From an uncultured Verrucomicrobiae bacterium (GTDB lineage: Bacteria; Verrucomicrobiota; Verrucomicrobiia; Chthoniobacterales; UBA10450), in the NCBI GenBank assembly GCA_963756875.1, contig CAVWPA010000003.1, positions 1,568,001 to 1,632,000 of the forward strand: DNA of 64,000 bases. The letters are read 5' to 3'. Position 1 is the first letter of the stretch; every line of letters begins with the position of its first letter. Position numbers and translations under genes: made by a program. Of this stretch, positions 10,346 through 21,052 are shown piece by piece. The notes under the pieces were generated by a model. It worked only from the letters and a program-made list of their open reading frames with translations, had not been told where the DNA came from and ran no database searches.

Positions 10346-10688
10346 GAGGTCGTGATTGCTTGCGCGCGTTGAGAAAACCGCACGCTGGAGCGTTTCGTGT
10401 CTTCTCATCGACTGTGCTAATCCGAACACTGACGCATGCGTCGCTCGGATCTTTGCCGGCGAAGAGGTGTTCCCAATCGGCCCGGGCGGATTCGAGGAAC
10501 CGCCCGTAATGCCGGTCCAGTGCGCGCTGCAATCCTTCGAGGATTTCGACTTTCCCAGCCGCGACTTCGATCGCTTTCGTCTGTTGCGATTCGGCGCTCA
10601 TCTCCCGGAAAAACAAGGCAGCATGAATTGCGCCCGTAGCGACGGCAACTCTTGTATGTGCGATGCGATTGCGCTTTAATGGCATCCG

Positions 10689-12683
10689 ATGAAGTTGTGG
10701 AGGGTAACTTTTTTCGGGGTTCTTTTGATTGCGGCGACTGTTGTGGCGCAATCGCCGCGGCGGAGTAGCGCAAAAACGGCCAGCTCGCCGGTATCGGCCA
10801 GATTTTTCACCGTCGATCGCAGCACGCTGCCACCGGGGTTGCAGCAGATTCCGCTCGAACGTCTTTCGTCCGGCGCGCTGATGCTGCTAAATCACAACAA
10901 TAACCTGGTGCATCCGCCGGCTGCCTGGTCGCAAAGACTCCCGACGACGTCAGCGACAGCTACGCCACTGGCAACGCCAACGCCCGGGGTAGTACTCGAT
11001 TTGCGAGTCGGCTCGAACCTGCGGCTCGGCGACGATCCATCTGCGCTACCCTCCAATATGCGGGCGCAGGCGGAGCCGCACATCGCGCGGTCGCAGATCG
11101 ACCCGGACTTTCTTGTTGCGACGTTTCAGGAAGGCCGCTTCACCAACGGCGGCGCGGTCGATTGCGGATATTCAATCAGCACAGATGGCGGACTCAGCTG
11201 GACGCGCGCGTTGATTCCGAACCTGACGCTGGTTACGGGAGGTTCATATTATCGCGACACGGATCCAGTAGCCGGAGTCGATCTCAGCGGAAATGTTTAT
11301 CTCAACACCGAAGGTGCGACCGATTCCAGCTTCGGCAGTGGTGACATCCTTGTCAGCAAGTCGACTGACGGCGGCGCCACCTTTCCAGCGCCGGCTCTAG
11401 TTTATCATCCAACGAACGCGAGCGTCTTTCCGGACAAGCCCTGGATGGTAATCAATAATTTCTCGGGCACATCCACCGCAGGGCGCATTGTTGCTACGTT
11501 CACGCGATTTCTCGCGAACATTGCCTCACCAATCGTCAGCAGCTACAGCGATGATGGCGGAGCGACGTGGAGCGCAATCACCTTTGTTCATTCATCGAGC
11601 ACCAACGCGCAAGGCTCGCAACCGGTCTTTCTGCCGAACGGCAACCTGGTCATCGTTTACTTCAACTTCAACACAAGCGGTCTCCACCTTGTTACTTCCA
11701 CTGATGGCGGAGTGACGTTTGGAACTCCGCACCTCATCACTACGGTGAATCTGTATAATGAGCCGAGTATTCGCAGCGGCTCATTCCTTCCTTCGGCGGT
11801 TTCCGATCGCACGAATGGGAATCTTTACCTGGTGTATCAGGCGCTCCTGTCCAATCACCCGAGGATCGCGTTCACCAAATCCACCGATGGCGGTTCTACC
11901 TGGACCACGCCGATTGCGATTAGCGACAACCCGACGGGTTCCGGCGTATTCAACCCCGCCGTCAACGTCTCGCCGGACGGCCAGACCGTGACCGTTGTCT
12001 TCTACGATCACCGGAACAATCCCGGCTCGAATGTGCTGGTTGATCTTTATCTCGCGCAATCGTTCGATGGCGGCGCGACCTGGCAACCAAACATCCGCCT
12101 TACTTCGGTATCGACCGATGCGTCGCTCGCGCCAGATACATCTGATAACCCCCTTCAGCACCAGTACATGCTGGGGGACTATCAGGCGGTCGCTGAGCCG
12201 ACCAATGTAAATGTGCCGGCCGTCCCGGTCTGGATCGATACCCGCGCGGGCAATCCGGATCCGTTCATTGCGCGCGTGGGCATTTCGGCGCAATCGAATT
12301 TTACCAGCTGGGAGGCAGCGCGCTTGTCGTTAGGCCAAATCGACGATCCTTTTTTTGGCGGGCCGGGTGGCGACGCCGACTTAGATGGCAAACCGAACCT
12401 GATCGAGTACACAATGGGCACGCCGCCAAACCAGAGCGACAACGTCGGCGTTTCGATCACTCAGGTCGGATCGACATTTGCCATCACTTATCCGCGGCTC
12501 AAAGCCGCAACCGACGTGACGCTGCACGCATATCGTTCGATGGATCTCTCGACGAATAGTTGGACCACGAATGGCGTGACAGAAACGCTTCTTTCAGACG
12601 ACGGGATAACGCAAATGTGGGAGGCCTCCACTCCGGCGAACGCGTCGCCGCTTCTCTTTCGCTTGCAGGCAACTCAACCGTAA
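10689..12683 (+). CDS. Secreted BNR/Asp-box repeat (sialidase-like beta-propeller) protein with extra C-terminal domain
   Basis: Signal peptide; six SxDGGxT/SW/F Asp-boxes. Confidence 0.85.
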   Translation: MKLWRVTFFGVLLIAATVVAQSPRRSSAKTASSPVSARFFTVDRSTLPPGLQQIPLERLSSGALMLLNHNNNLVHPPAAWSQRLPTTSATATPLATPTPGVVLDLRVGSNLRLGDDPSALPSNMRAQAEPHIARSQIDPDFLVATFQEGRFTNGGAVDCGYSISTDGGLSWTRALIPNLTLVTGGSYYRDTDPVAGVDLSGNVYLNTEGATDSSFGSGDILVSKSTDGGATFPAPALVYHPTNASVFPDKPWMVINNFSGTSTAGRIVATFTRFLANIASPIVSSYSDDGGATWSAITFVHSSSTNAQGSQPVFLPNGNLVIVYFNFNTSGLHLVTSTDGGVTFGTPHLITTVNLYNEPSIRSGSFLPSAVSDRTNGNLYLVYQALLSNHPRIAFTKSTDGGSTWTTPIAISDNPTGSGVFNPAVNVSPDGQTVTVVFYDHRNNPGSNVLVDLYLAQSFDGGATWQPNIRLTSVSTDASLAPDTSDNPLQHQYMLGDYQAVAEPTNVNVPAVPVWIDTRAGNPDPFIARVGISAQSNFTSWEAARLSLGQIDDPFFGGPGGDADLDGKPNLIEYTMGTPPNQSDNVGVSITQVGSTFAITYPRLKAATDVTLHAYRSMDLSTNSWTTNGVTETLLSDDGITQMWEASTPANASPLLFRLQATQP

Positions 12684-12729
12684 AACAGGCAGGGTTGGTG
12701 TGCCGGCGGGCCTCTGATGGGTTCAGAAA

Positions 12730-12792
12730 TTGCAGGGCAAGCGCTTCGCTTGCCTTGGATTGGATTTGGCAAGCGGAGCGCTTGCCCTACAA
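12730..12792. repeat. REP doublet, RAYT2-type family (GGCAAGCGGAGCGCTTGCCCTACA)
   Basis: Right arm matches copies at 29126-29188 and 48305-48367. Confidence 0.9.
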
Positions 12793-12817
12793 AGGTCAGG
12801 CTAGGACCGCGTGTTCC

Positions 12818-12871
12818 GGGTAGGGTCGGCGCGCTGCGCCGACCGGACACCGCAGCGCGGTGTCCCTACCC
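12818..12871. repeat. GTAG-type REP doublet
   Basis: gggtagggtcggcgcgctgcgccgacc-ggacaccgcagcgcggtgtccctaccc. Confidence 0.85.
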
Positions 12872-12892
12872 GTTGGTTACGGAGTTGCGTTC

Positions 12893-13360
12893 CTAGTCGT
12901 GAAATTCGTATCTCGCCTTGGACAAATTGCCGATGTGAGTGCGCGCGCCTCCCCAATACACATATCCGCGAAGCTTTCCCGGATTTCGTTTCCTCACGTA
13001 GATGCCGCCATCGTGCCAGATTGAGGTGCCGCTGGAATGTTCCGCAATTCTGCGCGACGCACGATAGTAATAACCTTTGCTGTCCTCTGCGTACAACGAA
13101 TAGGTTCCTGCCGGAAAGTGCATCGTCGCGACCGACACCTCGGATCGAAGATCGAGGTAGCGCGGCGCACCCATCGGTCCTTCGGCCGGAATCGGATGAT
13201 ACCCGCGGCCGCCAGTGCAGGAGCAGAGCAGGAGGGGAAAAAGTAGAAGGGAGAAAGTAGAAAGTAGAAAAGATTGTGCCGGAGCAGGGGATGGTTGTTT
13301 GCCATTAGTGATCCGTTTCATCCGCTGCCCGCCCGCCGTGGCGGGTAATCCGTGGTTCAT
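12893..13360 (-). CDS. Putative lipoprotein
   Basis: Hydrophobic stretch ending LLLCSC (lipobox-like); start uncertain (13360 or the next Met downstream). Confidence 0.65.
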   Translation of the reverse strand: MNHGLPATAGGQRMKRITNGKQPSPAPAQSFLLSTFSLLLFPLLLCSCTGGRGYHPIPAEGPMGAPRYLDLRSEVSVATMHFPAGTYSLYAEDSKGYYYRASRRIAEHSSGTSIWHDGGIYVRKRNPGKLRGYVYWGGARTHIGNLSKARYEFHD

Positions 13361-13362
13361 TC

Positions 13363-15129
13363 CTATTTTAATGCCTTGTCGATCGAAGTCGGATCGTCGA
13401 GCAAGATCCATTCGATAATCGAAACGGGCAGGCTGCCGTTTTTGATCAAGGCGTCGTGGAACTGGCCAAGTCGGAATTTGTCGCCTTGTCGATCCTTGTA
13501 GCGCCCGAGCAAATTCATAATCTGCCATTTGCCGATGATATAGCTGATCTTTTGCGTCGGACTTGATGCGGCCCCGGCCGCTTCACCTTCGGCAGCTTCG
13601 CGATCCAGTCCGCCTGCTTCCATGAAATATTTTACCGCTTGCTCAAAGCTCCATTTACCCGTGTGGAGATTCACATCCACGCCGATTCGCGCCGCGCGGT
13701 ATCGCGCCAGGCGGAGGACCTGTCCATGCCCGGCTGAGTCGAGCGGATAAAGCCCTTCGCGGAGAAGCATCTCTTCGCCGTAGAGCGCCCAACCTTCGAT
13801 GAAGACGTTGTCCTCGTGCTGGCGGCGGATCTCGTCGGTCAAATGATTGGCGATGGAGAGCTGCAGGAAATGCCCCGGGATTCCTTCGTGGCCGAGGATC
13901 GGCCGTGGATCTTCAATTGCCGCGCGAATATAAAAATTCTTCGAGTGTGGATTGTAAGTGGGAATGAAATAGAAGCCGGTGGGATCTTTGTCGTAAACTC
14001 CCGGCGGATTCATAAAACCACCCGGACTGGTCGGCTTGAATGCGTCCGGCAATTGGCGAATCTCGAACTTCCCGAGATAATTCGGCAACGTGACCAGATG
14101 GTGCTCCTTCAAAAAGCTAATCAGGTCCTGTTCCCGGCTTTCATATGCTTTCAAAAAGGAGGCCTGATCGGGGGGGATGTGTGCGCTGCGTGCCGGATCG
14201 GGATCGGCCAGCTTCGGATCGGGAAGCTGCGCTTCGAGAGCCCGGTAGCGTGCTAGCTCAATGCGCCCGATCATGGCCACTTCGGTCGCGTCGAACGGCA
14301 GAAGCAGAACGTGTTTGAGATAATAATTGTAATTGGCTTCGCCCATTGGCGCGAAATCGACCATCGCCGGCAAACGCTTCTCGAGTTCGTTAGCGTAATT
14401 GTGCAGCGCCACGAGGGCGGCATCGCGCGCCTTTACCAGTTCTTGGTGCTCACCGGGTGCAAGACCGACGTCGAGCGCCATCAAGCTCTTGTTCAAGAGC
14501 GGATCGATCGAGCGCGCGGATTGGATCGCCAGGTTCGCATAAAGTTTCACCGGGCTCTGCAAATTAGTCAGGCCTTGTTTGAGTAACGCCGGCATGGCTT
14601 CAAGCCGCGCCGTGGCAGCCAGCGCGCGTTTGCGTGGCGTGTCGTAATTCTTTTTCAGCAGCGAGAAAATCGCATTTGTGCATTCGTCGACGTAAACCTC
14701 CGGGTTCGTTCGCTCGAATTTCAGAACGCGATTCTGAAAATCGATGTTCTCGAGTTGGGCGCGAAAAAGAATCGCGTCGATCCGATCGTCTTTTCGCCAG
14801 CTGTCGGTCTTCATGGCGCGCACTTTTTCCAGGAGCGCATGAACGTGTTGCGCTCGCTGCGCGATTTTGTCCGGCGAATAATCGGTGAGTTTGTTGTCCC
14901 AGGTGTGTAACCCGGCGTCGGAAGAACCGACCGGGTAGTTCTCGTTACGCCATTTGTAATAATCGTTCGCCTGCGCGCGCAACGCCGCTGCGGCCATCAC
15001 TTCTTCAGTATTTGCCTTGGTAATTAACGCCTTGTTGATGACGTTTGGTCGCGTGCCCGGAGGCTGCTGTCCGTGCGCCGCAGACAAAGCGATCGCGATT
15101 GCCGCTGCGAAAAAGATCTTCGATTTCAC
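13363..15129 (-). CDS. DUF885 family secreted protein (putative metallopeptidase)
   Basis: HEGIPGHFLQ, FIEGWALYGE and RAARIGVDVNLH motifs; signal peptide. Confidence 0.92.
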   Translation of the reverse strand: MKSKIFFAAAIAIALSAAHGQQPPGTRPNVINKALITKANTEEVMAAAALRAQANDYYKWRNENYPVGSSDAGLHTWDNKLTDYSPDKIAQRAQHVHALLEKVRAMKTDSWRKDDRIDAILFRAQLENIDFQNRVLKFERTNPEVYVDECTNAIFSLLKKNYDTPRKRALAATARLEAMPALLKQGLTNLQSPVKLYANLAIQSARSIDPLLNKSLMALDVGLAPGEHQELVKARDAALVALHNYANELEKRLPAMVDFAPMGEANYNYYLKHVLLLPFDATEVAMIGRIELARYRALEAQLPDPKLADPDPARSAHIPPDQASFLKAYESREQDLISFLKEHHLVTLPNYLGKFEIRQLPDAFKPTSPGGFMNPPGVYDKDPTGFYFIPTYNPHSKNFYIRAAIEDPRPILGHEGIPGHFLQLSIANHLTDEIRRQHEDNVFIEGWALYGEEMLLREGLYPLDSAGHGQVLRLARYRAARIGVDVNLHTGKWSFEQAVKYFMEAGGLDREAAEGEAAGAASSPTQKISYIIGKWQIMNLLGRYKDRQGDKFRLGQFHDALIKNGSLPVSIIEWILLDDPTSIDKALK

Positions 15130-15218
15130 GAGAGCGATTCTAGCCGGTTGCGCGCAATGAGAAAGCGTAATCGAGTCACCGGGCCTCTGACTTCTGATCT
15201 GCGGACTCCTCCGAGAAA

Positions 15219-15290
15219 TGGGCGGTGAGGGTTTCGAACCCCCGACCTACTGGGTGTAAACCAGCCGCTCTACCACTGAGCTAACCGCCC
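15219..15290 (-). tRNA. tRNA-Val (TAC), CCA not encoded
   Basis: Reverse complement GGGCGGTTAGCTCAGTGGTAGAGC..TTTACAC..GGTTCGAAACC..ACCGCCCA folds as a cloverleaf. Confidence 0.97.
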
Positions 15291-15362
15291 CGAATCGGCG
15301 TTGAAGGTTGCATTATGATGCGAAATGGGTGCCAAGACGAATCGAAAAACCAGAGTTGAGTT

Positions 15363-17112
15363 CTAGCGCGCGACCGCTTCGCGATAAGGTTTATGCTGCT
15401 CGTAAAGCTTCAGCCGTTGTTCCGCTCCGGCGCGATGAGCGTCCGCGGTCTTGTTCATTTCCAGGGCTTTCTTCTGATATTTGACGGCGTCATCGAAATC
15501 GCCGGCTTCCGCATAACTGGCAGCGAGCGTATCGATGTAGGCCCATACCTGCCAGTACCGATAGTTCGCACGCTTTCATCGCTGCGTCGGTGGCTTTCTT
15601 TCCATTGCGCACGGCTGCTTCAGGCGATGTCGCCCGGAACCACGCCAAAGAGTTCAATCCTGGAGCGTCGGCTTTTTTAAGTTCGATCTGCGTTATTTTT
15701 TCCATGTCGGCCGTTGCCTTCGCGTATTCCTTCTTGCGGGCGCGAGCCAGAGCGCGCGCCGCGTAGGCGGGAACAGAATTGGAATCGATCGCGATGGCCT
15801 TGTCGTAATCGCCGATGGCCTTGTCGATCTCGCCTTCTCGAATGTAAAGGGCGCCGCGATTTATGTATGTGCCGATGAAGCGCGGGTTTAGTTGCATCAC
15901 CTTGTCAAGGTCGGCGAATGCTTCCTTTAATCTTCCTTCATCGCGCAGCTGGATTGCGCGATTAAAGTAAGCCTGCCATTGCTTCGGATTAATAAGAATC
16001 GCCGCGCTCAGATCTTTGATCGCACCGTCCCGGTCTCCTTTCAGCGATAAGACCGACGCGCGATTGACGTAACCGCCCGAGTTTGCCGGATCAAGCGTGA
16101 CAGCTTCGTCGTAATCGCGAAGGGCTTTGTCCAGCTCCTGCTTCGCCTGGTAGGCGTTGCCGCGATTCATAACGACAACCGACGCTCGAGCGGTGCTGAT
16201 GTCGCGCGTCATGAGATAGTCATTCAATTCTATCGAACGATCAAAGTCGCCTGCGTCGTACGCCGCTTTCGCCTGATCAAAAATGTCTAGATAGTTGTCT
16301 TCGAGTTGTTGCGCCCATGATTCGCCCGGTATGCGGGGCCGTTTGCTTTGATAAACAGTAGCCCGGCTCAAAGCCTTCGATGTCTGTCGATCTGGATTCA
16401 GCCGCTGCGCTTCGGCAAGCTCGCGAGCGCTTTTCTCGGAATCTCCCTTGCGACGATAGATGTCGGCCCGCTCGAGGTGCGCTCTCGCATTTGCCGGATC
16501 GACGGCGAGCGCACCGTCAAAATTCGCAAGCGCCCGGTCCGGGTCATTTTTAGCCACATAACAAAGGCCACGCGTGATGAGTTCGTTTGGACTGCGTGGA
16601 TTACATCGAATTGCTTCAGTAAGGTCGGCAATGGCGTCATCCATCTTGCCCTTATTGTAGTAGATCAGCCCGCGACTGTAGTAAGCTGACTTCGAATTAG
16701 GATCGAGGCGGATGGCTTCAGTAAGGTCGGCAATCGCCTTATCTGTTTTACCTTTCCATTGCCATGCATACCCGCGGCCGCCATAGGCGCCGGCAAGGGC
16801 CGGGTTCAATCGCAGCGCCTCGGTGAAGTCGCCGATGGCGGCGTCTAATTCCCATTTAAAATTGTAAGCCGTTCCGCGGTTCAAGTAAACGTAAGCTCGC
16901 TGATCAGTTGGAAGGGGCTTCTTTAGAGCCGCGGTAAATTTTTCGATTGCCTCGTCGCGTTCGCCCGAGAGGTTCGCTGCGTAACCTTGGTTTGCCAGTT
17001 TAAGTCCCGTTCGAAGACCGATCAGGTAGGAAGTAATAAGATAAGCGATCACGGCCAAGGTACAGATCGCGATCACTGCAATTGCCCCGCCGATCTTTAC
17101 ACTCCTCGTCAT
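15363..17112 (-). CDS. Membrane-anchored multi-TPR protein, with a +1 frameshift near 15559
   Basis: Many TPRs (AIxDxxxAIxLxP). After KACELS the expected tail [31 protein letters not shown]...KPYRE continues in another frame to TAG at 15363. Confidence 0.85.
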
Positions 17113-17177
17113 TCCTGTTTCTAATTGCTATTTGAATCTACTTTACCCTTTCACTTAGTAAATAAACGATCCGCCGC

Positions 17178-17618
17178 ATGAGATATTTCGAAGATTTAAA
17201 AGCAGGCGATCGATTCAACTCGGCTACTTATACAGTCAGTCAGGAAGAGATGATTTCCTTCTCGCGCAATTTCGATCCGCAAAGTTTTCACCTCGATCCT
17301 GCAATCGCGCAGCGGACGATGTTCGCTGGTCTGATCGCCAGCGGGTGGCACACGGCTGCGATTACCATGCGTCTCTTTGTGCAGACCCTGGATTTCTCGG
17401 AAGGTGCGATTGGCCTGGGAGTAGATGAATTACGCTGGCCATTTCCTGTCCGGCCGGGAGATGTCTTGCGAGTTGAGACAGAGATTATCGATTTACGTAC
17501 TTCGCGTTCAAAATCGGACTATGGCATCGTTCGGTTGCGGAATGTGACAACAAACCAGCGCGACGAAGTAGTTCAGACTATGCTAGCTTCTGCGCTGGTG
17601 CGGCGCCGCAAGTCATAA
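17178..17618 (+). CDS. MaoC family dehydratase
   Basis: FDPQSFHLD, LIASGWHTAA and PVRPGDVL motifs. Confidence 0.92.
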   Translation: MRYFEDLKAGDRFNSATYTVSQEEMISFSRNFDPQSFHLDPAIAQRTMFAGLIASGWHTAAITMRLFVQTLDFSEGAIGLGVDELRWPFPVRPGDVLRVETEIIDLRTSRSKSDYGIVRLRNVTTNQRDEVVQTMLASALVRRRKS

Positions 17619-17708
17619 GAAGAACGCATGGAATCGGTCATGGTTCAGATATATCGTCAAACCGTTTAGACTTGCATACTACCTAACTCTACTCTATTCG
17701 AAAGCTAC

Positions 17709-18038
17709 ATGGACTTATCACTCAGAGATCTTGAACGTGCAGTGTCGATTCGGCGACAGATTGACGGACTGCAGAAACAACTGTCGGCGATAATGGGCGG
17801 GAGCAGCGGGAGTACCGGAGGTGGTGGAGGCCGGCGGCGCCGGCATTTGTCAGCCGCAGCGCGGGCCAAGATCGCAGCAGCAGCAAGAGCTCGCTGGGCG
17901 AGAGTGAGACGAGGAAATAGCGCAAAAGCAAAACGTCCAGCCCGGAAGCGCCGGCTTTCAGCTGCCGGTCGCAAGAGACTTTCGGACCTAATGAAAGCTC
18001 GATGGGCAGCGAGACGACGGAGCCAGGCTAGAAGATAA
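17709..18038 (+). CDS. Small Arg/Ala-rich basic protein (putative nucleic-acid binding)
   Basis: N-terminal coiled coil plus two LSAAxRxxxxxxxxARWA repeats. Confidence 0.75.
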   Translation: MDLSLRDLERAVSIRRQIDGLQKQLSAIMGGSSGSTGGGGGRRRRHLSAAARAKIAAAARARWARVRRGNSAKAKRPARKRRLSAAGRKRLSDLMKARWAARRRSQARR

Positions 18039-18145
18039 GCGGGTAGCAAAAGCAGTTAGGACCCATCTTAAAAAAGGATGGGTGCGGAGCCAGGATTGCG
18101 GGACTGACAGGCAAACCGCAGACTCTTGTTGCGGTTTCGTGCCGT

Positions 18146-19135
18146 CTAGCGGCTGAGTAGTTTCATCATTGCTTCGGGATAGCGCGAACCGGCGAATGCG
18201 TCTTTTGGCGCGACCTCGTCGATGCGCGCCAGGTCTTCGCCGGTAAGGTTTACGTCAAGCGCACCGATATTCTCCTGCAGATATTTTCGGCGCTTGGTGC
18301 CGGGAATTGGAACAATGTCGTCGCCTTGCGCGAGCACCCACGCCAGAGCGAGTTGCGCGGGCGTGCAGCGTTTCTCGCGAGCGATCCCTTCGACCCGTTT
18401 CACCAAATCGAGATTGCGCTGGAAATTTTTGTCCTGAAAGCGCGGTGTCGTGCGCCGGTAATCATCCTGCGGCAAATCTTCGGGTTTCTGAATCTTCCCC
18501 GTCAAAAACCCGCGGCCGAGTGGACTGTAGGGAACGAAACCGATTCCAAGTTCGCGACAAACACCCAGGACCTCATCCTCCGGGTCGCGCGTCCAAAGCG
18601 AATACTCGGACTGCAATGCCGTGATGGGATGAACCGAATGTGCGCGTCGAATGTTTTCCGCGCTGGCTTCCGACAAACCGAGAAAGCGCACTTTCCCCTG
18701 ATGTACGAGTTCTGCCATCGCGCCAACTGTTTCCTCGATCGGCGTGTCGGGGTCGACCCGATGTTGATAATAAAGGTCGATCACGTCGATCTTGAGCCGG
18801 CGCAAACTTGCTTCGCACGATTGACGCACATAATCGGGTTTGCCATTGATCCCGCGGAACTGCGCCTTGTCGGGGTCGCGAACAATTCCGAATTTGGTCG
18901 CGATGATCACCTGTTTTCGGTGGGCCTTTAATGCGCGACCGACCAGTTGTTCGTTTGTGTGTGGGCCGTACACGTCGGCTGTATCGAAGAAAGTAATTCC
19001 CAGTTCGATTGCGCGCTGCATGGTGGCGAGCGATTCCTGCTCATCGCGGTCGCCATAAAAATCCGACATCCCCATGCAACCGAGACCCATGGCGGAAACA
19101 ATCGGGCCACCTCGTCCCAACTTTCGTTGCTTCAT
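18146..19135 (-). CDS. Aldo/keto reductase
   Basis: [36 protein letters not shown] and IPGTK motifs. Confidence 0.95.
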   Translation of the reverse strand: MKQRKLGRGGPIVSAMGLGCMGMSDFYGDRDEQESLATMQRAIELGITFFDTADVYGPHTNEQLVGRALKAHRKQVIIATKFGIVRDPDKAQFRGINGKPDYVRQSCEASLRRLKIDVIDLYYQHRVDPDTPIEETVGAMAELVHQGKVRFLGLSEASAENIRRAHSVHPITALQSEYSLWTRDPEDEVLGVCRELGIGFVPYSPLGRGFLTGKIQKPEDLPQDDYRRTTPRFQDKNFQRNLDLVKRVEGIAREKRCTPAQLALAWVLAQGDDIVPIPGTKRRKYLQENIGALDVNLTGEDLARIDEVAPKDAFAGSRYPEAMMKLLSR

Positions 19136-19158
19136 GGGACAACCTTACAAAAAGTCTC

Positions 19159-19287
19159 GGAAGCTCCAAGTCCCAAGCACCAAATCCCAGAGAAACTTCA
19201 AACTCCAAGCTTCAAAGAGTGTCCCCGTTTTTGAAGTTTGGATCCTGGACATTCCCTGGAGCTTGGAACCTGGAGCCTGGGATTTCC
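19159..19287. repeat. Inverted pair of 7-mer tandem arrays (CCAAGCT/AGCTTGG type)
   Basis: aagctccaagtcccaagcaccaaatcc ... ggagcttggaacctggagcctgggatttc; similar element at 60312-60446. Confidence 0.85.
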
Positions 19288-19493
19288 GGCTGCCGAGCTT
19301 GGCCGACTGTCGGTCAGATCTGGCCAATCCAGATGCGCGGCGCGACTTCATTTTCTCCAGATTGTAATCGCGCAAAAAATCGTAGTTCAATTTGCGGAGC
19401 CGTTCCCAATATTCGTGATGATACGAATTCATTGGGCGATGTGCAAAGCATCGAAACGAAGTTATCGGCACAGCGTTCGTCCAATGCTGTTGT

Positions 19494-20972
19494 CTAGCTT
19501 TCGCGTGTTGCCAGTTCGGAAAGTTTTTGGATCATTCCCCGGAAAATGAGCGCGTGGATCGGGTAAAGGCCGTACCAGTAAATGAGTCCAAGCAAGCCTT
19601 TCGGCGCGAAGAAGGCGGTCTGCGTGAGCAACGGCCGCGGGTCGTGATCTTGCGCTTTGACTTCGAATTGCAGCCACGCTTTGCCGGGTAATTTCATCTC
19701 TGCGCGCAAGCGCATCATACGCCCGGGATCGAGGGCTTCGACCCGCCAAAAATCGAGCGCTTCTCCCACGCACACCGCATTGGCGTCGCGCCGCCCCGGG
19801 CGCGATCCCACCCCGCCAAGCAAGCGATCGAAGGCGCCGCGGATGCGCCATGCCCAATTCATGTAAAGCCATCCACGCGCGCCTCCCAGCCCGGTAAACA
19901 CACGGAAGATTGCCTCAGCCGGCGCATCGACAGCGATCTGCCGACGCTCGATGATCATGCCTTCATGCGTAGCGAGAGCGACAGGCGTCACATCGCGCCG
20001 GCCGGTAGCGAGCGAGTCGCCCCACGTAGTCTCGACCTTGTGAGCCTCCAGTTTTTCGAGCGCGAGTTTCACTGCGATTCGATAGTCCAGCGGCTTAATC
20101 GATGGAAAAAGACGACGCGCAAGATCGTCGCGCACGATGATTTCATTGCGCAGGCCGGCGACGAGCGGACGCGCGATGGAGGCGGGAATGGGCGTGACCA
20201 AGTGAACCCAATATGAGGAAAGCTTTGGCGTGAGCACAGGCACTGGCAGGAGCCAGCGGCGCAGCCCGCGGACTTCCGCGTAGAATGTGAGCATTTTGCC
20301 GTAAGTGATGACGTCGGCGCCGCCGATCTCGATCGTGCGACCGGTACTCTCGGAGACGCACAGCGCCGTAATGAGATAATCAAGCACGTTGCGAATAGCG
20401 ATCGGTTGGATGCGCGTGAAAACCCATCGCGGGCAGATCATCACCGGCACGCGCTCGGTCAGGTAGCGAATGATCTCGAATGAAATGCTACCTGACCCGA
20501 CGATGACACCCGCGCGAAACTCGGTTACGGGCACGCCGCTCTCGCGCAGCGCATTGCCCGTTTCGTGACGCGAGCGGAGATGCGCTGATAGTGCCGTCGA
20601 CGTGTCGCCCAGGCCGCCGAGATAAATAATACGGGCGACGTTTGCCTGTTTCGCACTCGCTCCGAAATTCCGTGCCGCTAACACATCCCGCTCGAAAAAA
20701 TCGGAGCCTGCTCCGAGGCTGTGCACGAGGTAATAGGCTGCCGTCACGTCGCGCATCGCGGGAGCCAGCGTTTCCTGGCGCAGGACATCGCCCTCAACCA
20801 ATTCGACCTCTCCGCTCCATGGCCTTTTCCGCAGGCGCTCAGTGTCCCGCGCAAGGCATCGCACTCGAAACCCTGCCTCGAGCAGTCGCGGCACAAGCCG
20901 GCCGCCGATGTATCCGGTTCCACCAGTCACGAGCACGAGCGGCTTCATTGTTTCGGCGCTTGTCCTGTTCAT
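19494..20972 (-). CDS. SDR/NAD(P)-binding oxidoreductase with DUF2867 domain (YbjT-like)
   Basis: LVTGGTGYIGGRL, GSGSISFEI, LDFWRVE and RAEMKLPG motifs. Confidence 0.9.
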   Translation of the reverse strand: MNRTSAETMKPLVLVTGGTGYIGGRLVPRLLEAGFRVRCLARDTERLRKRPWSGEVELVEGDVLRQETLAPAMRDVTAAYYLVHSLGAGSDFFERDVLAARNFGASAKQANVARIIYLGGLGDTSTALSAHLRSRHETGNALRESGVPVTEFRAGVIVGSGSISFEIIRYLTERVPVMICPRWVFTRIQPIAIRNVLDYLITALCVSESTGRTIEIGGADVITYGKMLTFYAEVRGLRRWLLPVPVLTPKLSSYWVHLVTPIPASIARPLVAGLRNEIIVRDDLARRLFPSIKPLDYRIAVKLALEKLEAHKVETTWGDSLATGRRDVTPVALATHEGMIIERRQIAVDAPAEAIFRVFTGLGGARGWLYMNWAWRIRGAFDRLLGGVGSRPGRRDANAVCVGEALDFWRVEALDPGRMMRLRAEMKLPGKAWLQFEVKAQDHDPRPLLTQTAFFAPKGLLGLIYWYGLYPIHALIFRGMIQKLSELATRES

Positions 20973-21052
20973 CGCTCAGCGATTCCCCGCCTGGGAATTG
21001 ACGCGGATCATCGCTTCATTGCGACGCATGAACAGCGGAGTCCAGGCGGATG

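Noticed and set aside
10293..10751. Minus-strand ORF (MSAESQQTKAIEV... portion)
   Set aside because: No recognisable motif and it overlaps the RNA candidate and the next gene start; it cannot be supported, though not excluded.
15219..18100. Possible genomic island at tRNA-Val (locally more AT-rich)
   Set aside because: The region lies on the 5' side of the tRNA; no integrase or duplicated tRNA 3' end was seen.
19145..19471. 108-aa ORF with SKLQ/WSL motifs
   Set aside because: Largely a translation of the 7-mer inverted array.
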